Origin: an uncultured Gemmatimonadaceae bacterium
Lineage (GTDB): Bacteria; Gemmatimonadota; Gemmatimonadetes; Gemmatimonadales; Gemmatimonadaceae
Direction: 5' to 3'
Assembly: GCA_963761305.1 (NCBI GenBank)
Contig: CAVXGK010000002.1
Coordinates: forward strand, 480,001 to 544,000
Length of the DNA: 64,000 nucleotides
Shown: positions 47,542-56,745 of the stretch, piece by piece
Position numbering within the stretch: the first letter of the stretch is position 1
How the letters are laid out: each line of letters opens with the position of its first letter
Notes under the pieces: model-generated
What the model was told of the DNA's origin: nothing
The model's input: only the letters and a program-made list of their open reading frames with translations
The model's database searches: none
Position numbers and translations under genes: made by a program

Positions 47542-48921
47542 ATGAGCGATCGTCGGCGCCGCGCGGACGAATCGGCGACTTCGGGCCCCGGCACCGGCTC
47601 GTTGTTCGAGTCGCCGGCCAGCCAGCCGCTCGCGGCGCGCATGCGGCCGCGCACGCTCGACGAGATCGTCGGACAACAACACCTCCTTGCTCCGGGCAAG
47701 CCGCTCCGCGAGGCGATCGAGCGCGGCACGATCGGCTCGGTGCTGTTCTGGGGGCCGCCGGGCTCCGGCAAGACGACGATCGCGCGCGTCATTGCCCGCT
47801 ACACCGATCGTGAGTTCGTGCCGTTCTCCGCGGTCACCGAAGGAGTGCCGCGCGTGCGAGAGATCGTGGCCGACGCCGAAGGGCGGCGCCGGCTCGGCCG
47901 CGGTACGATCCTCTTCGCCGATGAGATCCATCGCTTCAACAAGGCGCAGCAGGACGCGTTTCTTCCGCACGTCGAAGCGGGCACGATCACGCTCATCGGC
48001 GCGACGACCGAGAATCCATCGTTCGAGATCATCGGCGCGCTCCTGTCGCGCGTGCGCGTCTTCGTGCTAGAGCCGCTGTCGCCGCACGATCTTCGCGCGC
48101 TCGTCGACCGTGCTCTCGCCGACGGCGAACGCGGGCTCGGCGACCTCTCGCTCGAGATTGACGACGACGCGGCGGACTTGATCGCCACCGAGGCCGACGG
48201 CGACGCGCGGCGCGTGCTCACGATTCTGCAGGCGGCCGCCGACCACGTCGGACGCAACGGGCACATCACAGTCGACGTCGCCAAGGAAGCGCTGCAGCTG
48301 CGATTCGCCAGGTACGACAAGGGCGGCGAAGAGATGTACAACATGCTGAGCGCCTTTCACAAAAGTTTGCGCGGCAGCGATCCGCAGGGCGCGCTCTACT
48401 GGATGGGCCGCATGATCGAGGGCGGCGGCGATCCGATGATCATGTTCCGCCGCGCGATCGCGATGGCCGCTGAAGACGTCGGGCTGGCCGACCCCGAAGC
48501 GCTCAAGCTCGCGGTGGCCGCGCGTGACGCGTATCACATGCTGGGTCCGCCGGAGGGGTACCTCCCGCTAGCCGAAATGGTCGTCTATCTGGCCACGGCG
48601 CCGAAGTCGAATCGGTCGATGCTCGCTCTCGTTGCCGCGCGCGAAGCGGCGCGCGCGAATCCCGCCGAGCCGGTGCCGCTGCACATCCGCAACGCGCCGA
48701 CCGGTCTGATGAAGGAACTGGGCTATGGCACGGGGTATCAGTACGCTCACGACGCCCCGGAAGCCTACATTCCGCAGGACTATCTCCCGGAGCGACTCAA
48801 GGGCTCGCGCTTCTACGAGCCCGGCCCGTTCGGCTTCGAGAAAGAGATCGCCAAGCGCTTGGCGTGGTGGGAAGAGCTTCGGCGGCGCAACGAGAAAGGT
48901 GAGGAGGAGGGCAGGCGATGA
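47542..48921 (+). CDS. rarA: Replication-associated recombination protein A
   Basis: PLAARMRP, GPPGSGKTT, DEIHRFNKAQQD, HKSLRGSD and VPLHIRNAPT. Confidence 0.96.
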   Translation: MSDRRRRADESATSGPGTGSLFESPASQPLAARMRPRTLDEIVGQQHLLAPGKPLREAIERGTIGSVLFWGPPGSGKTTIARVIARYTDREFVPFSAVTEGVPRVREIVADAEGRRRLGRGTILFADEIHRFNKAQQDAFLPHVEAGTITLIGATTENPSFEIIGALLSRVRVFVLEPLSPHDLRALVDRALADGERGLGDLSLEIDDDAADLIATEADGDARRVLTILQAAADHVGRNGHITVDVAKEALQLRFARYDKGGEEMYNMLSAFHKSLRGSDPQGALYWMGRMIEGGGDPMIMFRRAIAMAAEDVGLADPEALKLAVAARDAYHMLGPPEGYLPLAEMVVYLATAPKSNRSMLALVAAREAARANPAEPVPLHIRNAPTGLMKELGYGTGYQYAHDAPEAYIPQDYLPERLKGSRFYEPGPFGFEKEIAKRLAWWEELRRRNEKGEEEGRR

Positions 48922-49394
48922 AGAAACTCGCAGTCAAAGCGCTGCTGGCGACGACGGTCGCGATCGCCGCGTGCTCGTTCCTCGGACGCCAGGCGTTCAA
49001 GCAGCCGGTCGTGCGTCTGCGCGACGTGCGCGTGCGCGGCATCGGTCTCACCGGCGGCAGCCTCGACGTCGTGCTCTCCGTGTACAACCCGAACCACTAC
49101 CGTCTCGACGCCACCAAGCTGACGTACGTCGTGCTGCTCAACAGTGACAGCGTCACGCTCGCCAGTGGCGCCCTCGACAAGCAGTTCACGGTCAACGACA
49201 ACGATTCGTCCGTCGTCACGATTCCCGTGAACTACTCGTACGCCGGCATCGGTGCCGCGGAGCGCACGCTCGCACGGACGGGCGCCGTCGACTACCACGT
49301 GCGCGGCGACGTGACCGTCGGCTCGACGGTCGGGCACTACACGGTACCGTACTCGTCCACCGGGCGGTTCACGACGACTGGCCTCGGGCGCTAG
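48918..49394 (+). CDS. LEA type 2 (WHy domain) lipoprotein
   Basis: Lipobox IAAC and the VYNPN motif. Confidence 0.8.
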   Translation: MKKLAVKALLATTVAIAACSFLGRQAFKQPVVRLRDVRVRGIGLTGGSLDVVLSVYNPNHYRLDATKLTYVVLLNSDSVTLASGALDKQFTVNDNDSSVVTIPVNYSYAGIGAAERTLARTGAVDYHVRGDVTVGSTVGHYTVPYSSTGRFTTTGLGR

Positions 49395-49427
49395 CTTCCC
49401 GGAGATGGATTCGCCGAGGATGCTCGA

Positions 49428-50738
49428 ATAACGCGGGCGCCGATCGTCGTCGCCCCGCCCGAAGAACGGGCGCTGCTCGTGGGCGCGCCTCTCAAGCGGC
49501 CCGGCGCTCGGCGTCTGGCCGACGAACATTTGCGTGAGCTCGCCGATCTCGCCGACACCGCCGGCGCCAGAATCGCGGGCGAGCTCTTCCAGCAAATCGA
49601 TCGGCCGAATCCCGGCACGTACCTCGGCAGCGGCAAGATCGACGAGCTGCGCGACCTCGTGACCAGCACGAACGCGACGCTCGTCATCTTCGACGACGAG
49701 CTCTCGCCGAGCCAGGGGAAGAACATCGAGGACGCGATCGGCACGCGCGTGATGGATCGCGCGGAATTGATCTTAGACATCTTCGCCACGCGCGCGCGTT
49801 CGGCGGAAGCGAAGATGCAGGTCGAGCTCGCGCAACTCGAGTATTCACTCCCGCGGCTCATGCGCATGTGGACGCACCTCGAGAAGTTCCGTGGCGGTAT
49901 CGGCGTCCGAGGCCCCGGCGAAACGCAGCTCGAGACCGACCGCCGCCTGATCAGTCATCGCATCAAAGTGCTGCGCGACCGGCTGCGCGACGTCCAACGC
50001 GGGCGCGCGATTCAACGACAGGCGCGGCGCTCGGAGTTTCGCGCGTCGCTCGTCGGGTACACGAACGCGGGCAAGTCGTCGGTGCTGCGCGCCCTGTCGG
50101 GTGCGAGCGACATCGTCGTCGAGAACCGGCTGTTCGCGACGCTCGACCCGTTGACGCGCGACGTCGATCTGGGAGACAACGCGCACGTTCTGATCACCGA
50201 CACCGTCGGGTTCATTCGCAAGCTGCCGCACCATCTCGTCGCCTCGTTCCGAGCGACACTCGAGGAAGCGCGCGAGGCGGATCTTCTCCTCCACGTCATC
50301 GACGCCAGCTCGCCGTCGTGGCCGGACCAGGAAGAGGTCGTGAATCAGGTCTTGTCCGAGCTCGAGGTGTCGGGCCGCGACACGCTGCTCGTCTTCAACA
50401 AGGTTGACCTGCTCGAGCACGACGCGCTCATCGCGCTGCAGACGCAAGTGCGCGACGGGGCGACGCCGGCCGTGTTCGTGTCGGCGGTGGCGGACGGCGG
50501 GCTGGAGCCGCTGCGTCGCGCGCTCGCCTCGATGATTCGCGCCAAACGTCCGATGGCGTCGATCTCGGTCTCGCCCGCGGACGGGAAGCTCATCGCCGAG
50601 ATTCATCGGCAGGGTGAAGTGCTGGACCAGCGCATGGAAGGGGACCGGCTCGTCATCGAAGCGCGGATCGACGCCGCGCTCGCCGGCCGGCTCGAACGTG
50701 CCGGCGCGGTCGTCACGAACGGAAAGGCCCCGCACTGA
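49428..50738 (+). CDS. hflX: GTPase HflX (start uncertain; ATA49428 proposed)
   Basis: ERALLVG, GPGETQLETDRR, GYTNAGKSS, FATLDP, DTVGFI and NKVD. Confidence 0.95.
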   Translation: MTRAPIVVAPPEERALLVGAPLKRPGARRLADEHLRELADLADTAGARIAGELFQQIDRPNPGTYLGSGKIDELRDLVTSTNATLVIFDDELSPSQGKNIEDAIGTRVMDRAELILDIFATRARSAEAKMQVELAQLEYSLPRLMRMWTHLEKFRGGIGVRGPGETQLETDRRLISHRIKVLRDRLRDVQRGRAIQRQARRSEFRASLVGYTNAGKSSVLRALSGASDIVVENRLFATLDPLTRDVDLGDNAHVLITDTVGFIRKLPHHLVASFRATLEEAREADLLLHVIDASSPSWPDQEEVVNQVLSELEVSGRDTLLVFNKVDLLEHDALIALQTQVRDGATPAVFVSAVADGGLEPLRRALASMIRAKRPMASISVSPADGKLIAEIHRQGEVLDQRMEGDRLVIEARIDAALAGRLERAGAVVTNGKAPH

Positions 50739-50755
50739 CGCGCGGGGCTTTTTTT
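50727..50755 (+). terminator. Rho-independent terminator spanning the hflX stop
   Basis: GCCCCGC-8 nt-GCGGGGC followed by T7. Confidence 0.85.
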
Positions 50756-50791
50756 CGTCGACGTTCGATGTTTCGAAGTTTCGATGTGCAG

Positions 50792-50865
50792 TGGTCGCGC
50801 AGGGACTCGAACCCCGGACCTCCGGTATGTGAGACCGGCGCTCTAACCAGCTGAGCTACGCGACC
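50792..50865 (-). tRNA. tRNA-Val(CAC), CCA not encoded
   Basis: GGTCGCG acceptor, AGCTCAGCTGGTTAGAGC D-arm, CCGGT-CT-CAC-AT-ACCGG and GGTTCGA T-loop. Confidence 0.95.
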
Positions 50866-50915
50866 CATGTTGGAGCAAGAGCACGAAAAGTAGACGGGCG
50901 CGCCACCTTCGTCTA

Positions 50916-50989
50916 TGGGCCCGGCAGGGCTCGAACCTGCGACCGTAGGATTATGAGTCCTCTGCTCTAACCAACTGAGCTACGGGCCC
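50916..50989 (-). tRNA. tRNA with CAT anticodon, probably tRNA-Ile2 (lysidine); CCA not encoded
   Basis: GGGCCCG acceptor and GGA-CTCATAA-TCC anticodon arm. It lacks the initiator features (1:72 mismatch, three G-C pairs). Confidence 0.88.
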
Positions 50990-51002
50990 GGGTACACGCT
51001 AG

Positions 51003-52016
51003 TTAGGCGCTCGGTGCCAGGGGCGCAAGCGCATGCGCGTCGTACGCTTCGATGACTTCCTCGGCTGACACCGTCGCCGCGCCGAGCTTGCCCACTTCCA
51101 CGCCGGCCGCGTAGTTCGCGATCACTGCCGCCTCGAGCGCGCTGCCGCCGGCGCCAAGAACGAGCGCGAGATACGCGGTGACCGTGTCGCCCGCGCCGAC
51201 CACGTCGTACACCTCGCGCGCCGCCGTCGGGACGCGTTCGATCTCGCCGCCGGCTGACACCAACGCCATGCCGTGTTCGCCGAGCGTGAGGAGCAAATGC
51301 TCGACGCCGAGCCGCGCGAACGTCGCGGGAAGCGCCTCGGCATGCTCGAGATCCACCGCCGCGCCGAGCGCCGCGTCGAGCTCGCGCCGATTCGGCTTGA
51401 AGATCGTCGCGCCGCGATAGAGGAAAAAGTTGCGATACTTCGGGTCGACGACGATCGGAATGCCGCGCCCGCGCGCCGCCATCATCGCCGCCTCGATCAC
51501 GCGCGGTACGAGCACGCCCTTGTTGTAATCTTCGAGTACGAGCGCGTGCGCGCCGTCCACCGCGCGCCGCACCGCGGTGAGCAGGCGGTCGACCTCCGCG
51601 CCATCGAGATCGCCGTCTTCCTCTTCGTCCACGCGCACGACTTGCTGCGACCGCGCGACGATGCGCGTCTTCGTGGTCGTCGGCCGATCGACCGTGACGA
51701 GCGAGCCGACCGGCGCGCCGATCGCTTCGAGCATGCCGCACAAGTGACGGCCGGCGACGTCGTCGCCGATCGCCGCCACGAGATCGCACATCGCGCCGAC
51801 CGCGCGCACGTTCTGCGCGACGTTTCCCGCGCCGCCGAGCGCATGTCGCCGCTCGCGCACGCGCACCACGGGAACCGGCGCCTCGGGCGAGATACGCTCC
51901 ACGTCCCCGCGCAAGTAAACGTCGAGCATCGCGTCGCCGAGCACCGCGACGCGGCACTGCGACGCGGCCCCGAGCAATTCGATCAATCGATCGCGGGCGA
52001 GCAGGCGGCGACTCAT
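51003..52016 (-). CDS. rfaE1: D-glycero-beta-D-manno-heptose-7-phosphate kinase (HldE kinase domain)
   Basis: GDAMLD, RISPEAPVPV, GGAGNVA, DYNKG and DVVGAGDT. Confidence 0.93.
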   Translation of the reverse strand: MSRRLLARDRLIELLGAASQCRVAVLGDAMLDVYLRGDVERISPEAPVPVVRVRERRHALGGAGNVAQNVRAVGAMCDLVAAIGDDVAGRHLCGMLEAIGAPVGSLVTVDRPTTTKTRIVARSQQVVRVDEEEDGDLDGAEVDRLLTAVRRAVDGAHALVLEDYNKGVLVPRVIEAAMMAARGRGIPIVVDPKYRNFFLYRGATIFKPNRRELDAALGAAVDLEHAEALPATFARLGVEHLLLTLGEHGMALVSAGGEIERVPTAAREVYDVVGAGDTVTAYLALVLGAGGSALEAAVIANYAAGVEVGKLGAATVSAEEVIEAYDAHALAPLAPSA

Positions 52017-52051
52017 GAGCGAGAAAGTAATGAAGGGTTCGAGAAAACGCA

Positions 52052-52080
52052 TTGACGGGCCGTGATACGCGATCTACACT
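52052..52080 (+). promoter_or_regulatory. Sigma70 promoter of the DMT gene
   Basis: TTGACG-17 nt-TACACT. Confidence 0.65.
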
Positions 52081-52090
52081 CCCGGTCGCG

Positions 52091-53044
52091 ATGTGCCCAC
52101 CCCCTCCCGCCACGCCTGCGCCCTCGCGTAATTCGGCAAGCAGCGGCGTTCCCGTGCCGCTCGTGCTGTGTCTCGCGCTCGTCGGCATCTCGTTCGCCGG
52201 ACCGCTCGTCCGCCTGTCGCACGCGCACCCCCTGACGATCGCGATCTGGCGGCTCGGCTTCGCGCTCGTATTCATCTTCTCGGCGCTCATCGCGACCGGA
52301 TCGTGGCGCCAATTCGCGAGACTCGACCGCCGCGGATTGATGCTTGCCGTCGCCGGCGGCATCATGCTCGCGCTGCATTTCTGGAGCTGGAACGCGTCCA
52401 TCGGAATGACGACCGTCGCGGCGTCGGTGGTGCTGGTGAACGTGCAGCCCGCGCTGGTTGCGCTGCTCTCCGGTGCCGTCCTCGCCGAGCCGCCGACCGG
52501 CGGCCAGTGGGTGGGAATCGTGACCGCGATGTTCGGAGCGATCGTCGTCGCGCTGCCCGACCTGCTCCAGTCCGCGGGCGCGATGACGGGTCGCGCGCTC
52601 ACCGGCGATCTGCTCGCGCTGGCCGGCGCGGCGACCGCGGCGTGTTACGTGATCGCGGGTCGGCGGCTGCGCGTGGTGCTGGACATCTGGCCCTACGTCT
52701 CGATCGTGTACGGCGTCTGCTTCGTGATGCTGCTCATCTTCGCGCGCGTGGTCGGAGCGCCCGTGCTTGGGCAACCGCCGCGCGAGATCGCCATCTTCGT
52801 CGCGCTCGCCGTCGGCCCGATGCTGCTCGGGCACACGGGTCTCAACTGGGCGCTCAAGTATCTGCCCGCCTACGTCGTGAATCTCACGCTGCTCGGCGAA
52901 CCGGTGGGTGCGACGTTCCTCGCGGCGCTCTTGCCTGGCATTCGCGAGATTCCGCGCATGCCGACGCTGGTCGGTGGACTGCTCGTGCTCGTCGGCATTT
53001 TCGTCGCCGCGCGCGCGACCCGCCAGCAGCGCTTCGCCGTCTGA
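52091..53044 (+). CDS. DMT/EamA family transporter
   Basis: About 10 TM segments; ALHFWSW, TTVAAS, LLGHT and GEPVGA. Confidence 0.88.
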   Translation: MCPPPPATPAPSRNSASSGVPVPLVLCLALVGISFAGPLVRLSHAHPLTIAIWRLGFALVFIFSALIATGSWRQFARLDRRGLMLAVAGGIMLALHFWSWNASIGMTTVAASVVLVNVQPALVALLSGAVLAEPPTGGQWVGIVTAMFGAIVVALPDLLQSAGAMTGRALTGDLLALAGAATAACYVIAGRRLRVVLDIWPYVSIVYGVCFVMLLIFARVVGAPVLGQPPREIAIFVALAVGPMLLGHTGLNWALKYLPAYVVNLTLLGEPVGATFLAALLPGIREIPRMPTLVGGLLVLVGIFVAARATRQQRFAV

Positions 53045-53166
53045 ATGTCGCCCGCCGTTGGCGGCGGCTTGCGGCGCGGGTGCGCGGTTATGTTACGGGC
53101 AACGGCGGGAGGGCGGGCCTCACGTTGTGTCCTTTCCCTCCCCGTAGCGCGGACCTGTTCACGATC

Positions 53167-54156
53167 ATGAGAACGCTCGAGCTGGATGTCGTCGTCACGC
53201 GAGGCTCGGAGATCGAATCACGCCACTCCGTGCACGCCGCCGTCATCGCCGAGAACGACGAACTTGTGGCCGCAGCGCGTGATCCGCGCATCGTGAGTTC
53301 GTGGCGCTCGTGCGCCAAGCCGTTTCAAGCGATGCCGTTTCTCGAGGCCGGCGGCTTCGACGAGCTCCATTGGGGCGACGACCAGCTCGCGCTCGCCTGC
53401 GCATCGCACGGCGGTGAGCCCGAGCACGTGGCGCTAGCGCAGGCGATGCTCGCCGACGTCGGTCTCGAAGAAGGCGACCTCGCGTGCGGACCGCACGATC
53501 CGATCTCGCCGCGCGGCCTCAAGCTGCTGCGCGAGTCGGGGGCGCGACTCTCGCGGCTGCACAACAACTGCTCGGGCAAGCACGCCGCGATGTTGGCACG
53601 CGCGCACACCGCGGGTTGGCCGACCTACGGGTACGAGCGCCGCGATCATCCGGTGCAGCGCTGTTGCCTCCAGGCGTCGGCCAAATGGGCCGGGGTCGAC
53701 GAGGACGACATCGGGCAAGCGGTGGACGGCTGCGGCGTCGTCGCGTTCTCCCTGGCCCTCGACAGCATGGCGCGCGCATGGTCGCGGCTCGGCCGGGCAT
53801 CGCTCGACTCCAGCTCCGTCGCCAGCCGCATCGTGCACGCGATGGCGACGCGCCCGTTTCTCGTCGGTGGTACGGAGCGGTTCGATTCCGTGTTGATCGA
53901 GGAGACGGACGGACGCATCGTCGCCAAGATCGGCGCCGAGGGTGTGCACTGCGCCGCCGTGCCCGAGCTTGGGATCGGCATCGCCGTCAAAGTGGACGAC
54001 GGCGCGTCACGCGCACAGTTCCCGGCCGTCCTGCGGCTGTTGCAATTGTTCGACGCGCTCCCCGCGCAGTTGCCGCCGCGGCTCGATGATTTCCTGCGCC
54101 GGCCCGTTCGCAATACGCGCGGCGAGACCGTCGGCGAGATTCGACTGGTCGCCTGA
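53167..54156 (+). CDS. Asparaginase II family (class 3, Rhizobium-type)
   Basis: ESRH, RSCAKPFQA, ASHGGE, HNNCSGKH, DGCG and KIGAEGV. Confidence 0.9.
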   Translation: MRTLELDVVVTRGSEIESRHSVHAAVIAENDELVAAARDPRIVSSWRSCAKPFQAMPFLEAGGFDELHWGDDQLALACASHGGEPEHVALAQAMLADVGLEEGDLACGPHDPISPRGLKLLRESGARLSRLHNNCSGKHAAMLARAHTAGWPTYGYERRDHPVQRCCLQASAKWAGVDEDDIGQAVDGCGVVAFSLALDSMARAWSRLGRASLDSSSVASRIVHAMATRPFLVGGTERFDSVLIEETDGRIVAKIGAEGVHCAAVPELGIGIAVKVDDGASRAQFPAVLRLLQLFDALPAQLPPRLDDFLRRPVRNTRGETVGEIRLVA

Positions 54157-54196
54157 CCTCCATCCGCAAGGATTTGGTTCTTCGCGACGCCGACTG

Positions 54197-54823
54197 ATGA
54201 CGCCGCCCGCCGACACACTCGACAGTTTGGAAGTCCTCGACGACGCGACCGCGGCGCTGGTGCGTCTGGCCGCCGTCGTCGCGGCGGGAGACGAAGACGC
54301 GGTTCGCGCCGAGATCGCGCGCGGTTCGAGCGCGATTCCGGACGTGTGGGTGGAGGAGCTGTTGTTGCAGTCGTATCTGTTCGCCGGATTTCCTCGCGCG
54401 CTCAACGCCATGCGCGAATGGCGAAGGGTGCATCCGGCGGTCGCCGGCGCCGCGGGTTCTCCGGAGCCGACGCGCACCGACGGCGAGGCGACGTGCGAGC
54501 GGGTCTATGGCAGGATGTATGAACGCTTACGGGAGAACATTCGGCATTTGCATCCGCTGCTCGACGACTGGATGATCACCGAGGGATACGGCAAGGTGCT
54601 GTCTCGTCCCGGCCTCGACTTGCCGCGCCGCGAGCTCTGCATCGTGGCCGCGTGCGCGGCGACGGGGCAGGACCGCCAGCTGCATTCGCATTTGCACGGC
54701 GCGCGAAACGCCGGCGCGTCGGTCCGCGCCGTCGACGCGACGCTCGACGTACTCGCCAACGTGCTCGGCCCGGCGCGCCTGCGCGACGTCAAACTCCTCT
54801 GGGCCCGGGTGCGCGGCAAATGA
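54197..54823 (+). CDS. Carboxymuconolactone decarboxylase (CMD) family protein
   Basis: LQSYLFAGFP, YGKVLSRPGLD.RREL and LHSHLHGA. Confidence 0.8.
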   Translation: MTPPADTLDSLEVLDDATAALVRLAAVVAAGDEDAVRAEIARGSSAIPDVWVEELLLQSYLFAGFPRALNAMREWRRVHPAVAGAAGSPEPTRTDGEATCERVYGRMYERLRENIRHLHPLLDDWMITEGYGKVLSRPGLDLPRRELCIVAACAATGQDRQLHSHLHGARNAGASVRAVDATLDVLANVLGPARLRDVKLLWARVRGK

Positions 54824-55848
54824 GCAACGTGTTCGTGGACCGGGTGGTCGTGACGGCAAGGGCCGGCAGCGGCGGATCGGGCATCGTCTCGTTTCGGCGC
54901 GAAAAGTTCATTCCCATGGGCGGTCCCGACGGCGGCGACGGCGGACGCGGCGGCGACGTCGTGGTCGTCGGCGACTCCAACCTGTCCACGTTGCTCGACT
55001 ACACCTATCGCGACGCCTGGAGCGCGACCGCCGGAGACCACGGGTCCGGCGCGAACAAGAGCGGCCGTTCGGGAACCGACGTCATCATGCCCGTGCCCGT
55101 CGGCACGGTGATTCGAGATCTCGAAACCCAAGAGCGCCTCGGCGAGATCCTCGAGGACGGCGAGCGGCTGATCGTCGCGCGGGGCGGCCGCGGCGGGAAG
55201 GGCAACGCGTTTTTCACCAGCTCCACGCACCAGTCGCCGCGCGAATATCAGCCGGGCGAGGACGGCCAGGAGCGCCGCCTCGAGCTCGAGCTCAAGCTCA
55301 TCGCCGACGTCGGGCTCGTCGGGCAGCCGAATGCCGGCAAGTCGACGCTGCTGTCGGTGATTTCGGCGGCCCATCCGAAAATCGCCGACTACCCGTTCAC
55401 GACGCTCGCCCCGAACCTCGGCGTCGTGCAGTTGTCCGACGGAAGGACCTTCGTCGTCGCCGACATTCCGGGCATCATCGAAGGCGCGCACGAAGGACGC
55501 GGACTCGGGCTGCAGTTCCTGCGGCACATCGAGCGGACGCGTCTTCTCGCGTTCCTGATTCCCGTGGATTCGATGGACTGGCAGGCGGAGTACGACCAGC
55601 TGCGCAGCGAGATCGCCGCATACTCGGCCGCGCTGGCCGAAAAGCCGCATTGCGTCGTGTTCACGAAGATGGACTTGCTGGGCGACGACGACGCGCCGCC
55701 GATCGAAGCGCCAGCCGCGTTTGGCGTGTTCGCGATCAGCGCGGCCGGCCGGACCGGACTCGATCCGCTCCTCGCCGCGTGGTGGTCGCGACTGCTCGAC
55801 ATGAAGAAGTCCGCCGCGGTGCGCAACGACCCGATCCCACTTCCGTGA
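54820..55848 (+). CDS. obgE: GTPase ObgE/CgtA
   Basis: FRREK..GGPDGGDGG, GQPNAGKST, DYPFTT and DIPG. Confidence 0.97.
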   Translation: MSNVFVDRVVVTARAGSGGSGIVSFRREKFIPMGGPDGGDGGRGGDVVVVGDSNLSTLLDYTYRDAWSATAGDHGSGANKSGRSGTDVIMPVPVGTVIRDLETQERLGEILEDGERLIVARGGRGGKGNAFFTSSTHQSPREYQPGEDGQERRLELELKLIADVGLVGQPNAGKSTLLSVISAAHPKIADYPFTTLAPNLGVVQLSDGRTFVVADIPGIIEGAHEGRGLGLQFLRHIERTRLLAFLIPVDSMDWQAEYDQLRSEIAAYSAALAEKPHCVVFTKMDLLGDDDAPPIEAPAAFGVFAISAAGRTGLDPLLAAWWSRLLDMKKSAAVRNDPIPLP

Positions 55849-55855
55849 GCGCGAC

Positions 55856-56719
55856 GTGGAACGCGCGATCGAGTGTGTCGAATGCATCGAGCGTGGCGAC
55901 GCCGAATACCCGGGCGCGCTGAACGATCTTCCGAATCCGCCGGCGCGCCTGTGGTGGATCGGCGATCTCGGGCTGCTCGATAGAACGCTCGTCACTATCG
56001 TCGGCACGCGTCGCGCGACGGGCTACGGCGAACGCATCACTCACGAACTCGGGACGGCGCTGACGCGCGCCGGTGCCTGTGTCGTGAGCGGAATGGCGCT
56101 CGGAATCGACGCGTCGGCGCACCGCGCAGCGCTCGAGGCGAACGGCGCGACGATCGCCGTCCTCGGCACCGGCGCCGACGTCGCGTATCCGCGGGCGCAC
56201 GTTTCCCTGCATCGAGAGATCATCGAGCGCGGCCTCGTGCTCTCGGAGCTGCCGCCCGGCGCTCACTCGCACAAGGGATCGTTTCCGAAGCGAAATCGCA
56301 TTCTCGGGGCAATCTCCAAGCTCACGATCGTCGTCGAAGCGCCGTTCGACAGCGGCGCGCTGATCACGGCGAAGCACGCCAATGAGGTGGGACGCGAGGT
56401 CGCCATCGTGCCCGGACCGATCGATTCGCCACAGAGCCAGGGGAGCAACCTGCTGCTGCGCGATGGCGCGCACCCCATCGTGTCGATTGCCGACGCGATG
56501 AGTCTCGCCGGCCTTTCGCCGCTGCCTCGATCGGAGCCGCGCATCGACGACAAAGTCGAGATGCGCGTGTGGACGGCTCTCGGCCACGGCGCGGCGACGC
56601 TCGACGAGTTGTGCGCCCGGTCCGGCTTGCCCGTGGCACAGTGCCTGAGCGCCGTCACCGGCCTCGAGTTGCGCGGAGCGGTCGAGTGCGCGCTCACCGG
56701 CGAGGTACGGCGACGCTGA
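55856..56719 (+). CDS. dprA: DNA-processing protein DprA (short N-terminus)
   Basis: IVGTR, SGMALGID..AH, FPKRNRI, VVEA..SGALIT and a C-terminal winged helix. Confidence 0.93.
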   Translation: MERAIECVECIERGDAEYPGALNDLPNPPARLWWIGDLGLLDRTLVTIVGTRRATGYGERITHELGTALTRAGACVVSGMALGIDASAHRAALEANGATIAVLGTGADVAYPRAHVSLHREIIERGLVLSELPPGAHSHKGSFPKRNRILGAISKLTIVVEAPFDSGALITAKHANEVGREVAIVPGPIDSPQSQGSNLLLRDGAHPIVSIADAMSLAGLSPLPRSEPRIDDKVEMRVWTALGHGAATLDELCARSGLPVAQCLSAVTGLELRGAVECALTGEVRRR

Positions 56720-56745
56720 CGCGCGGCGAGGGACATATTTCGCCA

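Noticed and set aside
46891..48921. Extended ORF-track N-termini (rarA 676 aa; also 1795, 42987, 52168, 59366)
   Set aside because: The extensions overlap upstream genes in another frame. Family homology starts at the downstream codons given in the features.
50792..50989. tRNA genes as integration sites of a genomic island
   Set aside because: No integrase, no duplicated tRNA 3' end, and the flanks are housekeeping genes.
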